This document shows positions 20,708-29,355 of a DNA stretch of 64,000 nucleotides, piece after piece. Below the pieces are notes generated by a model. It saw nothing but the letters and a program-made list of their open reading frames with translations. It did no database searches and was not told the DNA's origin. How positions within the stretch are numbered: the first letter of the stretch is position 1; every line of letters begins with the position of its first letter. This stretch comes from an uncultured virus (IMG/VR IMGVR_UViG_3300032030_000023) (taxonomy: Duplodnaviria; Heunggongvirae; Uroviricota; Caudoviricetes): positions 1 through 64,000 of the IMG/VR virus record IMGVR_UViG_3300032030_000023, one strand, 5' to 3'. The position numbers and the translations under genes were made by a program.

Positions 20708-21650
20708 GTAGAAGTTCTTTATCTTCATCCCAACAGTAGTGGAAGTTTTTACAAGTATATTTAAAGCTTCCACTATTTTTATTTTTATTACACGCTCTAT
20801 AAACAGATGATTTTTTTACTCCTATTTTTTCTGCTAATTTGGCGCCGTTTGTGTAAATTTTATCTTCTTCTAAACAATAGACTTTTGAAAACTTTTTATT
20901 TATAGGAATAGTAAATGTATCTTTATCTTTTAAATAACACCAATGATAACCTTCTGCTGTATGTTTTATTCCTGCACAAACTTTTTGAATGGCTGTTCTA
21001 CAATTAAATTCTTTTTCAGCTTCTGCTATAGTATTGAATATTCTATTTAATTCTACACAATATACAGGAGTTTTATTAGATTTATCTTCTCTTGGTGTAT
21101 ATGTATCTATATCCTTTTCATAACACCAATGCATATTAGCAGAAGTAGTATATTTCTTTTCGCAACAAGCAATTATTCCAGTATCTGTAAAATTATATTC
21201 TGGATATTTTTCACAAAATTCTTTATATGTAAGAGTTTCGTTTAATTCAAAACAATGATATTTACTAACAGTACGTCTTTCATTAAACTCTTTAAATTTT
21301 GTACTATTTTTAAGACCTTCACTTATATGTTTTTTAACTTCTTCTGTATATGCTTTTGATTCTTCTCCGCCCGAAGTTGAATTATAACCTTCATTCATAG
21401 AATTATAATGTTTTATCCAATAAATTTCTTTTTGACTTAATTCTTCTTGTGAATTGCCTTCATCTATTTGTTCAATAATAAAGTTATCTTTACCATATTT
21501 GCGAATAGCATTATGAAACTTATTGTGATAGATATTAGCATTTGCTTTATTAATATGTTGTTTGAAACGTCTTTTTAACTTTTGACGTGTTTGTCCTATA
21601 TAGACTTTATTATTTACTAAGTTTGTAATTTTGTAGATGATACCGTACAT
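20691..21650 (-). CDS. GIY-YIG homing endonuclease with NUMOD1-type repeats
   Basis: GIIYKITN..VYIGQT..RFKQH; repeated VYCxE..F..I.EA modules. Confidence 0.85.
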   Translation of the reverse strand: MYGIIYKITNLVNNKVYIGQTRQKLKRRFKQHINKANANIYHNKFHNAIRKYGKDNFIIEQIDEGNSQEELSQKEIYWIKHYNSMNEGYNSTSGGEESKAYTEEVKKHISEGLKNSTKFKEFNERRTVSKYHCFELNETLTYKEFCEKYPEYNFTDTGIIACCEKKYTTSANMHWCYEKDIDTYTPREDKSNKTPVYCVELNRIFNTIAEAEKEFNCRTAIQKVCAGIKHTAEGYHWCYLKDKDTFTIPINKKFSKVYCLEEDKIYTNGAKLAEKIGVKKSSVYRACNKNKNSGSFKYTCKNFHYCWDEDKELLLKSLQ

Positions 21651-21652
21651 TT

Positions 21653-21889
21653 TTAATATTTTCCGTAGTGAATATAGTCAAATAAATCTTTTTCAATCCC
21701 TTTAAGTTTATTTTCATCTTTTACAATATCGGAATGTACATTTTCTACAATAGTTGTAATTTTTGAGACGAATCCAGAGCCGATTGCAATAAGTGATCCA
21801 TATATTGCCATAATTGAGAGAATTATAGATAAAATATCTGAAATTAATCCAATTTTATCATTTAAATTCATTTTTTGAGTATTCTTCAT
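21653..21889 (-). CDS. small single-pass membrane protein
   Basis: hydrophobic helix; start placed at MKNTQK after aggagg. Confidence 0.5.
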   Translation of the reverse strand: MKNTQKMNLNDKIGLISDILSIILSIMAIYGSLIAIGSGFVSKITTIVENVHSDIVKDENKLKGIEKDLFDYIHYGKY

Positions 21890-22139
21890 TAAGATTCCTC
21901 CTATTTTTGTTAGTTCTAATAATATAAATAGAACCGAAATATTTTTTATTTTTATAAGTAAATACAAAGATAAATTTAAAAAATAAGCAGTTCTAAAAAG
22001 TAATATATGACAAGTTTTCTACTTTATATTGTTATTAAAAATTCTTGAACTTAAAAATACGGATATGCAGTATATATTAAGGATGGTTAATAACGGTATA
22101 TTGTAAAAAAGGATAATAATTAACTAGGTAAATTAAACC

Positions 22140-22172
22140 AACATTTAACATTATAAATCAAGGACTTAGATA
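22140..22172 (+). repeat. 33-bp inverted repeat (fibre D leader), partner 25181-25213
   Basis: aacatttaacattataaatcaaggacttagata, exact reverse complement match. Confidence 0.92.
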
Positions 22173-22173
22173 G

Positions 22174-23391
22174 ATGCCAACTTCTCTTTCAAATATTAAG
22201 GTTACAGATGGACAAAATAATCTTGTAATTACAGGAAACGATATAACAATAAATGGTACATCTATTTTAGGACAAAACAATTATGTTACATTAGATACTA
22301 CTCAGACTATTACAGGAGTAAAGACTTTTAGTAATACTATAAAAAGTACAAGACAAGGAGATGGTATTTTTTTAACTAGAAAAAGTAGTACAGATAGTAC
22401 AGGAGATGCATTTGTAGATTTAAAATTTTTTGATACATTAGGTAATAGAAAAGGTGGAGTTAGAAATATACTTGAAAATGGAAATACTACTTGTTTATAT
22501 GTAACAAACGAAGCTGGAAATGCTATTAAAAATACATTAAACCTAGTATATAATGAATCATCTGATAGAGTATATACAAGTATAATTAATCCAGAAATTA
22601 ATTCTCTTAATTTAAGAACAAACCAATATAATTGGGGTACAAATCCAACTACTGGTACAGATTTACTATCACATAATTTTAGAGATAATACCGATACTCC
22701 TGTTGTTTCTAATAGACCATATTTATCATCAAATGGTGATCGATATTATTTTATATCTGTTATTAATAAAGAAAAAACAAAATATACTGAATTAGCTGTT
22801 GGTTGGGATGCATCTGGAAATGCAAATACTGTTGCTCCAATTCCAACGTCTACTACTTCTACATCTTCTAGACAAATAGCTACTACTGGATGGGTAAATA
22901 CAGTTGGTAATAATGTTGTGCATTTAACTGGTAATGAAACTATAACAGGAGCTAAATGGGTTAATAATAGTTATATAATAAGAGGTAATGGTGAAATTCA
23001 ATTTACAGATACAACCGGATATACACCATCCAATCCACCTTCTGAAAGTAAAGCTTTTGGTACATTACGCTGGGGAGTAGGCTGTACAGCTGGTAATACT
23101 AGTTGGTTAAGTGGTGGTTCTGAATTATTAAAAATACAACCAATTATATCATCACAAGGAAAAGTAAATGTTGCTTTCGTAGTGTTTGATAGTTCTGGTA
23201 ATAGTAAGGAATTATTAGACTTATATTCTACTGCGGATGGAAGTGATGCTGCAGCTATAACTATTACACCTTCTAATGCAGATAATTCTAGAAAAATAGC
23301 TACGACTGCGTATGTAAATAATAAGTTACAAGTCGTATCAGCTTTACCAGCATCTCCTGATAGTAATACATTCTATTTTATTCCTGCATAA
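22174..23391 (+). CDS. tail fibre protein D
   Basis: shared N- and C-terminal motifs, VHLTGNETITG. Confidence 0.85.
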   Translation: MPTSLSNIKVTDGQNNLVITGNDITINGTSILGQNNYVTLDTTQTITGVKTFSNTIKSTRQGDGIFLTRKSSTDSTGDAFVDLKFFDTLGNRKGGVRNILENGNTTCLYVTNEAGNAIKNTLNLVYNESSDRVYTSIINPEINSLNLRTNQYNWGTNPTTGTDLLSHNFRDNTDTPVVSNRPYLSSNGDRYYFISVINKEKTKYTELAVGWDASGNANTVAPIPTSTTSTSSRQIATTGWVNTVGNNVVHLTGNETITGAKWVNNSYIIRGNGEIQFTDTTGYTPSNPPSESKAFGTLRWGVGCTAGNTSWLSGGSELLKIQPIISSQGKVNVAFVVFDSSGNSKELLDLYSTADGSDAAAITITPSNADNSRKIATTAYVNNKLQVVSALPASPDSNTFYFIPA

Positions 23392-23448
23392 TAATTATTA
23401 AAAAGTTCTATACATATATATCATTAAAAAATAAATGAGAATGTATAG

Positions 23449-23925
23449 ATGCCTATATGGAGAAGAATATTACAAGGAACTAAAAAAGTATCTCCTGCTG
23501 TACAAAGAAATGTATCTAATATAGCAAGAATATCTAACTTAGATTTAAGATATGATGAGGGTGTAAAAACTTTAACTTTTTATGCTAATGTAAAATCATC
23601 TACGTTTAATACATTCTATTCTGTTATTATTACATTCAAAGGTGTAGAAAGAACAGATGGTTTAACAGAAGATGAAATTAACAAAGGATTTCAACCAAAA
23701 CCTACACTATCAAAAAATGAAGTAATGATCCGCTGTTCTTGTAATAATTACAGATTTCGTTTTGATCAAGCTAACAGAAAAAATAAAGTAGGTACTGGTG
23801 CTAGATTTCCAATATATAGAAGAAAAACAAATAGAAAACCATATAATCCACATATGATAGCAGGTACATGTAAACATGTTATAGAATTATTAGATTATCT
23901 TCAAAAAAATGGTTTTATACACTAA
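23449..23925 (+). CDS. SWIM zinc-finger protein
   Basis: CSC...CKH motif; GTTCTA motif upstream (~23405). Confidence 0.65.
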   Translation: MPIWRRILQGTKKVSPAVQRNVSNIARISNLDLRYDEGVKTLTFYANVKSSTFNTFYSVIITFKGVERTDGLTEDEINKGFQPKPTLSKNEVMIRCSCNNYRFRFDQANRKNKVGTGARFPIYRRKTNRKPYNPHMIAGTCKHVIELLDYLQKNGFIH

Positions 23926-25178
23926 GCCGGAATATAATAAAATACATTTGCATCTGGACTGGCTGGTAATGCAGAAACTACTTGATGCTTATTATTACAA
24001 TAAGCCGTAGTCGCGATTTTCGTACTATTGTCTGATACTGCTGGAGTAACATCTAAACTTATATAATCATTATTAAGATATATTTTGCGATTATTTCCTG
24101 TTGTTCCATCTTGTGGTCTTAATTGGATACCTGTTGCATTGTTTGTTCCTTGTATTACTAAACACCCTCCTACATTACCATCTCCAACTTTTACATCATC
24201 ACCTATATTGTTCAAAATATTGTTTGCAAATTGAACAGCACTACTAAATGCTTTAGTACCACTAATAGTCTGATCACCATTCAATGTTACATAGTTTGAT
24301 AAACTTTGATGAGAAGTAAGATATCCTTGTGCTTTGACAAATGCAGTTGTTGCAATCTGTGTAGAGTTATCAGAAGTCGCGGGAGTAGGGGCGTAAGTAT
24401 AAACCGTTCCATCTCTTTTTGCTATAACTCTGATTGCTGCGTCATATGCTACATCCGAAGAATTTAAATTCGTCGCAATCATAGATGCTTGTATTTCATT
24501 ACTTGTTGTTTGTGTTACATAAAAATTACCAATTTGTGCATTGTTTTTATCTCTAATGAGCCAACTAGTATATTGAGTAGATGACGGAGCTGTTCCTCTT
24601 GTAATAGTTGAACTTTTTCTTATTGCATCCATACTATGTATTGTGTTTTCACTAAAGGTTTTAGTACCTGTAATAGTTTCATTTCCTGAAGTATGTACTA
24701 TTCCATTTCCGGCTGTTTTAACCCATGCAGTAGTAGCGATCTTAGTACTATTATCAGTTACAGCAGGTGTAATAGCTGTAGTATAACCATTATCGTTAGA
24801 ATCACAACCAATATTTAGCATTCCTTTATTATTACCGTTTTTATCATAAACTAAAAATCTAATTTCCCTTTCAGTAGAAGTATCTCTTAAATATATATCA
24901 CTCAGTACTAAAGCATTTTTATCAAGAAACTTACAGTGTGTATAATTTGCTGTAGATGGATTTACAGTTCTATCCATACCAGTATTTTTAAACTGAATAA
25001 AAACAGTATCAGTACCTCTAGTAATTGATTTTACACCTGTAATCTCTTGGTTTGTATCTAACGTTACAAAGTTATTAGTAGCTAATATACTACTTCCATT
25101 AATTGTAATATCATTAGCCTTAACAACTAATGTATTTTGTCCATCTTTTACCGTTATATTACTTAATGAAGTAGTCAT
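23922..25178 (-). CDS. tail fibre protein E
   Basis: shared N- and C-terminal motifs; N-terminus nearly identical to B. Confidence 0.85.
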   Translation of the reverse strand: MTTSLSNITVKDGQNTLVVKANDITINGSSILATNNFVTLDTNQEITGVKSITRGTDTVFIQFKNTGMDRTVNPSTANYTHCKFLDKNALVLSDIYLRDTSTEREIRFLVYDKNGNNKGMLNIGCDSNDNGYTTAITPAVTDNSTKIATTAWVKTAGNGIVHTSGNETITGTKTFSENTIHSMDAIRKSSTITRGTAPSSTQYTSWLIRDKNNAQIGNFYVTQTTSNEIQASMIATNLNSSDVAYDAAIRVIAKRDGTVYTYAPTPATSDNSTQIATTAFVKAQGYLTSHQSLSNYVTLNGDQTISGTKAFSSAVQFANNILNNIGDDVKVGDGNVGGCLVIQGTNNATGIQLRPQDGTTGNNRKIYLNNDYISLDVTPAVSDNSTKIATTAYCNNKHQVVSALPASPDANVFYYIPA

Positions 25179-25180
25179 AT

Positions 25181-25213
25181 TATCTAAGTCCTTGATTTAT
25201 AATGTTAAATGTT
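25181..25213 (-). repeat. 33-bp inverted repeat (fibre E leader)
   Basis: reverse complement of 22140-22172. Confidence 0.92.
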
Positions 25214-25251
25214 ACTTTAATTGACTTATTTTAGAAATTATATATAATGAT

Positions 25252-25274
25252 CTACTTCTTTCCTTTTATATCAA
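25252..25274 (+). repeat. 23-bp inverted repeat (fibre F leader)
   Basis: ctacttctttccttttatatcaa, reverse complement of 19867-19889. Confidence 0.9.
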
Positions 25275-25306
25275 CATTAAAAATATTATAGGACTTAGAC
25301 AAAAAT

Positions 25307-27568
25307 ATGCCTACATCTGCTTCAAACATAATTGTGAAAAATGGTACAAAAAATACAGTAGTATCTGCTGATGATATTAATATTAACGGTACTTCTGTAA
25401 TTACTACTTTAAGTTCTAAACAAGACGTTTTAACTCCTGGTACCGGAATTGATATTACCAATAACGTTATCTCCTCTACATTAAACTCTGCACAATGGGG
25501 TAATATTACCGGTACCATCTCTAATCAAACAGACTTACAAACAGCCTTAGATAATAAACAAAATGTAGCAACTGCTGTAAATTATGACAACATCACTAAC
25601 TGTATTACATATATTCCACAAGATATTAAACTTGAGCTGAATAATGGTACTCTGACATTAAAAGCTGGTTCTAGAGTTTATGTACCAAATGGGACTAATA
25701 CTTTTGATGAAGTTGTGATTAGCGAAGATATTTCACTTAGTAATAAAACTTCTACTAGAAAGATACAATCATTAATTTTAATGAGGATTAATAAATCGAG
25801 TTTGGAGATTTGGAATGTAAATGATAGTTATTCTGGTACGACTCAACCAACGGCTACATATCAATGCTGGTATAATACAACCAATAATACAATAAAGTCA
25901 TCAGTGAATGGTGGTAGTACATACGGTGTTAATTTGTCTTTACCACTTTGTATTGTTTCTGTTGATTCAACGGGTATGACATCTATAGACCAAGTCTTTA
26001 ATGGCTTTGGATATATTGGCTCAACAGTCTTTGCTTTACCTGGTATACAATATTTATACTCTAATGGTAGAAATGAAAATGGAACATTAAAGAATATTAC
26101 TAATACAACATCCTCTGTTCTGACTTTTACTTGGAATCCGGGTTTATGGGGTAATAATTTCCCCGTTGTATTAGATTTGTATGGTGTTGAGTTTTTGGGT
26201 AATGAGAATACTTTTATTGGGGGCGAAAGACCAGAAAATCCCTCAGCTTATACACGTTGGTATAATAAAGAAGAAAATCAATGGTACATTTATGTTACAT
26301 ACTGGGATAAAGCATATTTGTGCATTTATTCTTATGTTGACCTCTCTAACGGCAAAGTTGTTGGGTTTAGAACAAAAACAGCCTTTCATGCAGTAGATTA
26401 TAATGACTTCTCTGACTTGAAAGATGATGTAGAAGCTAACACTAATACTTTAGAGTATAAACAAGATGAAGCCACTGCTGTCAACTATGACAACATCACT
26501 AACTGTATAACAGAAATTCCACAGAATATACAACTTGAGTTGAATAATGGAACGCTGACACTAAAAGCAGGAAGTAAAGTATATGTGCCAAATGGTGCAG
26601 GTGTGTTTACGCTTGTTACAACTACATCAGATGTTTCAAGAAGCGAATTTGGTACAACAACTGGAAATAATCTATATTTAGAGGGAGTATACGGAGGTGG
26701 TACTATTTCGGCTATTTCTTGGTCTCTACAAAGCAATACATCAAGTGGCACAACATCACCAGCATCAGGTATATTCTATAATACAAGCACAAATTATATA
26801 AATAGGTATGTTGAAGGAGAAGCAAAAGACCAAAGAAGTTTTCCGCTTGCGCTAATAACACTTGATAATGGAACACCGACAAGTATAGACCAAGTCTTCA
26901 ATGGCTTTGGTTATATTGGCTCAACAGTCTTTGTTCTTCCTGGTGTTAAAGGATTAATTCCAAATGGTAGAAATGCGGATGGTACACTGAAGAGTATTGA
27001 GTTAAGTTTTTCAAAAGTTGTAACACAGACAAACAATGTTACATATTCCGGAGATATAGCTATAACTTCGGATTATTTTGATTTGGCACAAGGTAATATG
27101 TATAATGAAAAAGATAATAGAAATTATCTTTCTGATGGTGTAACACCATTTAATAGGTGTATTGCGGGAAAATTTGTTAAGGGAACAAACGGTGTCATCA
27201 CTTCTCTTACTCCTAAAACAGTCTTTCGTGCTCTTGACTACAACGACAGCTCTACAATATCAGGTTGGTCTATGCCATCAAGTAGGTATATAGACTTAAC
27301 CCTTGGCGCTAGTGGTGCAAATTATACAGCTCCGGCAAATGGGTGGATATTTTTTGCAAAAGCCTCCGATTCATCAGGTCAGTTTAATGCTATTACTAAT
27401 AGTACAGGCGGTGGTTTAAGAAGCGACTGTACTGCATCTAGTTCAGGACAGTGGGCGACTGTTAACTGTCCTGTAAAAAGAGGAGATATATTTAGTATTG
27501 AGTATACAACATCAGGAGAAACAAAAAGATTCCGTTTCATTTATACTGAGGGAGAAAGTTCTAATTAA
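25307..27568 (+). CDS. tail fibre protein F (two tandem copies of the domain also in A; distinct C-terminal tip)
   Basis: MPTSASNI N-terminus; ITNCIT.IPQ...IDQVFNGFGYIGST twice; ends LTLGASGANYTAPANGW..PVKRGD. Confidence 0.85.
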   Translation: MPTSASNIIVKNGTKNTVVSADDININGTSVITTLSSKQDVLTPGTGIDITNNVISSTLNSAQWGNITGTISNQTDLQTALDNKQNVATAVNYDNITNCITYIPQDIKLELNNGTLTLKAGSRVYVPNGTNTFDEVVISEDISLSNKTSTRKIQSLILMRINKSSLEIWNVNDSYSGTTQPTATYQCWYNTTNNTIKSSVNGGSTYGVNLSLPLCIVSVDSTGMTSIDQVFNGFGYIGSTVFALPGIQYLYSNGRNENGTLKNITNTTSSVLTFTWNPGLWGNNFPVVLDLYGVEFLGNENTFIGGERPENPSAYTRWYNKEENQWYIYVTYWDKAYLCIYSYVDLSNGKVVGFRTKTAFHAVDYNDFSDLKDDVEANTNTLEYKQDEATAVNYDNITNCITEIPQNIQLELNNGTLTLKAGSKVYVPNGAGVFTLVTTTSDVSRSEFGTTTGNNLYLEGVYGGGTISAISWSLQSNTSSGTTSPASGIFYNTSTNYINRYVEGEAKDQRSFPLALITLDNGTPTSIDQVFNGFGYIGSTVFVLPGVKGLIPNGRNADGTLKSIELSFSKVVTQTNNVTYSGDIAITSDYFDLAQGNMYNEKDNRNYLSDGVTPFNRCIAGKFVKGTNGVITSLTPKTVFRALDYNDSSTISGWSMPSSRYIDLTLGASGANYTAPANGWIFFAKASDSSGQFNAITNSTGGGLRSDCTASSSGQWATVNCPVKRGDIFSIEYTTSGETKRFRFIYTEGESSN

Positions 27569-27604
27569 TATCTTTAAATTTTAATAACTTAGGATATTAA
27601 TTAT

Positions 27605-28258
27605 ATGATTTTAATTTATATGATAACCAATATGATAAATAATAAAAAATATATAGGTCAAACAAAGCATTCTTTAAAATGGAGATTTTATAATCATTGT
27701 CAAAAAAGCAATGGATGTAAGAAACTTTGTCATGCAATTCAAAAATATGGTAAAGAAAATTTTATAATAACAAAAATAGATGAAGCTCCCACAAGAGAAG
27801 AAGCAAACATTAAAGAGCGTTATTATATTTCTTATTATAATACACAAATAGAAGGGTATAATATAGCAGAAGGCGGATTTAATGCTAAGTCTACAAGGCG
27901 TAAAAGAGTAATCTGTTTAGAAACTGGTGAAAAATTCGATAGTATTACAGATTGTGCTAAAAAATATAACGCAAACAAAGTAGATTATATAGCCAGAGTT
28001 TGTCATGGAAATAAACCTACTTTTAAAGGTTATCATTTTGCATTTTTAGATAAAGACGATAAACCCAGGTTAGATAAAATAAGATTAAATGCACCAAAAT
28101 CACACAAAAAGACATTATGTATTGAGACTGGAGAAATATTTAAAGATTCTAAAAGTGCATCTGATTGGTTAGGAGTTCATCGTAATGCAGTATCAATGTG
28201 CTGCAGAGGATTATGTAAAACAATTAAAGGTTACCATTTTAAATATGTGGAGGAATAA
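27605..28258 (+). CDS. GIY-YIG homing endonuclease with NUMOD1-type repeats
   Basis: LIYMITN..KYIGQT..RF; VICLETGEKF and LCIETGEIF repeats. Confidence 0.8.
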   Translation: MILIYMITNMINNKKYIGQTKHSLKWRFYNHCQKSNGCKKLCHAIQKYGKENFIITKIDEAPTREEANIKERYYISYYNTQIEGYNIAEGGFNAKSTRRKRVICLETGEKFDSITDCAKKYNANKVDYIARVCHGNKPTFKGYHFAFLDKDDKPRLDKIRLNAPKSHKKTLCIETGEIFKDSKSASDWLGVHRNAVSMCCRGLCKTIKGYHFKYVEE

Positions 28259-28263
28259 TATAA

Positions 28264-28611
28264 ATGTATAAAGCAATTAAAGATAACAAAATTATAGCAA
28301 TTAACGAAACAGGTGAATTTCCTTGTCTTATTTATGATGAAGTAGTTGAAGATACAGAACACACCTGTGAAGATTATAAGCATTATAATGGTGAGTTTAC
28401 ACTTCACAATATCGAGAAAGACAATGAAGAAATGAAACAAGCTCGTGCCAATGCTTATACAGTTGAAGTTGATCCTTTAATGTCTGAATATAACCGCAAA
28501 AAGACTTTCAATCTGTTTGAAGAAGGTGAAGAAGAAGAACTTATAAAAGCTATTCAAGATAAAGTAGTCGAGATTAAAGAGAAATATCCATATCAAGAGA
28601 ATAATATATAA
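28264..28611 (+). CDS. tail fibre assembly chaperone
   Basis: RANAY..EVDPL...EIKEKYPY pattern; follows fibre F. Confidence 0.6.
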   Translation: MYKAIKDNKIIAINETGEFPCLIYDEVVEDTEHTCEDYKHYNGEFTLHNIEKDNEEMKQARANAYTVEVDPLMSEYNRKKTFNLFEEGEEEELIKAIQDKVVEIKEKYPYQENNI

Positions 28612-28614
28612 AAA

Positions 28615-28980
28615 TTATTCTGCTTTATTATCTACAGTATCTATAATACTTGCTGCTAATACTGCTATAAGTAATTTGCATTGATTCCAGATTTGCATAG
28701 CACTAGATAATTGTAAGTTTTCTGCATTCTTTTTGTTAATGACTAACTTATCAATATACTTATTTAATTCTACTAATGTTACTTGCATTTCTGGATTATG
28801 TTCATAGAGTTTATGTTCTACAGCATAATTATAGAGTACAAAACCTTTTTGAATAATATCATTTAATGCTTTAATAGATGTTTCTGTTGTAATATTTTTA
28901 CCTTCATCTGTTTTATATTTATCTTCATATAGATTAATTTCATCTAATAGTTGTTCTGAAAGTTTATAAGCCTTTTCCAT
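28615..28980 (-). CDS. hypothetical protein
   Basis: 121-aa ORF with RBS. Confidence 0.55.
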   Translation of the reverse strand: MEKAYKLSEQLLDEINLYEDKYKTDEGKNITTETSIKALNDIIQKGFVLYNYAVEHKLYEHNPEMQVTLVELNKYIDKLVINKKNAENLQLSSAMQIWNQCKLLIAVLAASIIDTVDNKAE

Positions 28981-28983
28981 TTT

Positions 28984-29256
28984 TTATTTTCCTTGCATAA
29001 TGTTAAGAATTAAATTAAGATCATTGTTTTTATAAAAAGAAACAAGTACATTTGCTATAACGAAAGCCTGTTCTTTATCTAATGTAATTTTTGTATTTGA
29101 TTTCTTTTCTGTAATAGCCAATAAATTATTTTTATTATCTGGTTGTAATGAAATTTCTATATCTTGTAAAGTCATGTCTTTAAATTTTACTATTTGTTCT
29201 TCAATTGGAAATTGAACAATAGATTCTTTAGATTTCTTTTTAAAAATATTAAACAT
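28984..29256 (-). CDS. hypothetical protein
   Basis: 90-aa ORF; GTTCTA motif upstream (~29291, minus). Confidence 0.55.
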   Translation of the reverse strand: MFNIFKKKSKESIVQFPIEEQIVKFKDMTLQDIEISLQPDNKNNLLAITEKKSNTKITLDKEQAFVIANVLVSFYKNNDLNLILNIMQGK

Positions 29257-29355
29257 CAGAAAAATAATCTCCTATTTTTGTTAATATTTTATAGAACTAG
29301 AAAAATTTTAAGGATTCTATATAATAATTAAAAAATTTTTCTAAAAGGTGATAAT

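Noticed and set aside
20066..21650. IS607-like or transposon interpretation of the serine recombinase
   Set aside because: The HTH is C-terminal, and there is no TnpB or transposase partner and no element ends; the neighbour is a convergent GIY-YIG gene.
16606..24047. Diversity-generating retroelement (TR/VR pair) suggested by the near-identical fibre 3' ends
   Set aside because: No reverse transcriptase in the window, and the differences are mostly synonymous rather than adenine-specific.
27569..28263. Group I intron around the GIY-YIG gene
   Set aside because: The flanking genes are complete and there is almost no non-coding space for an intron core.
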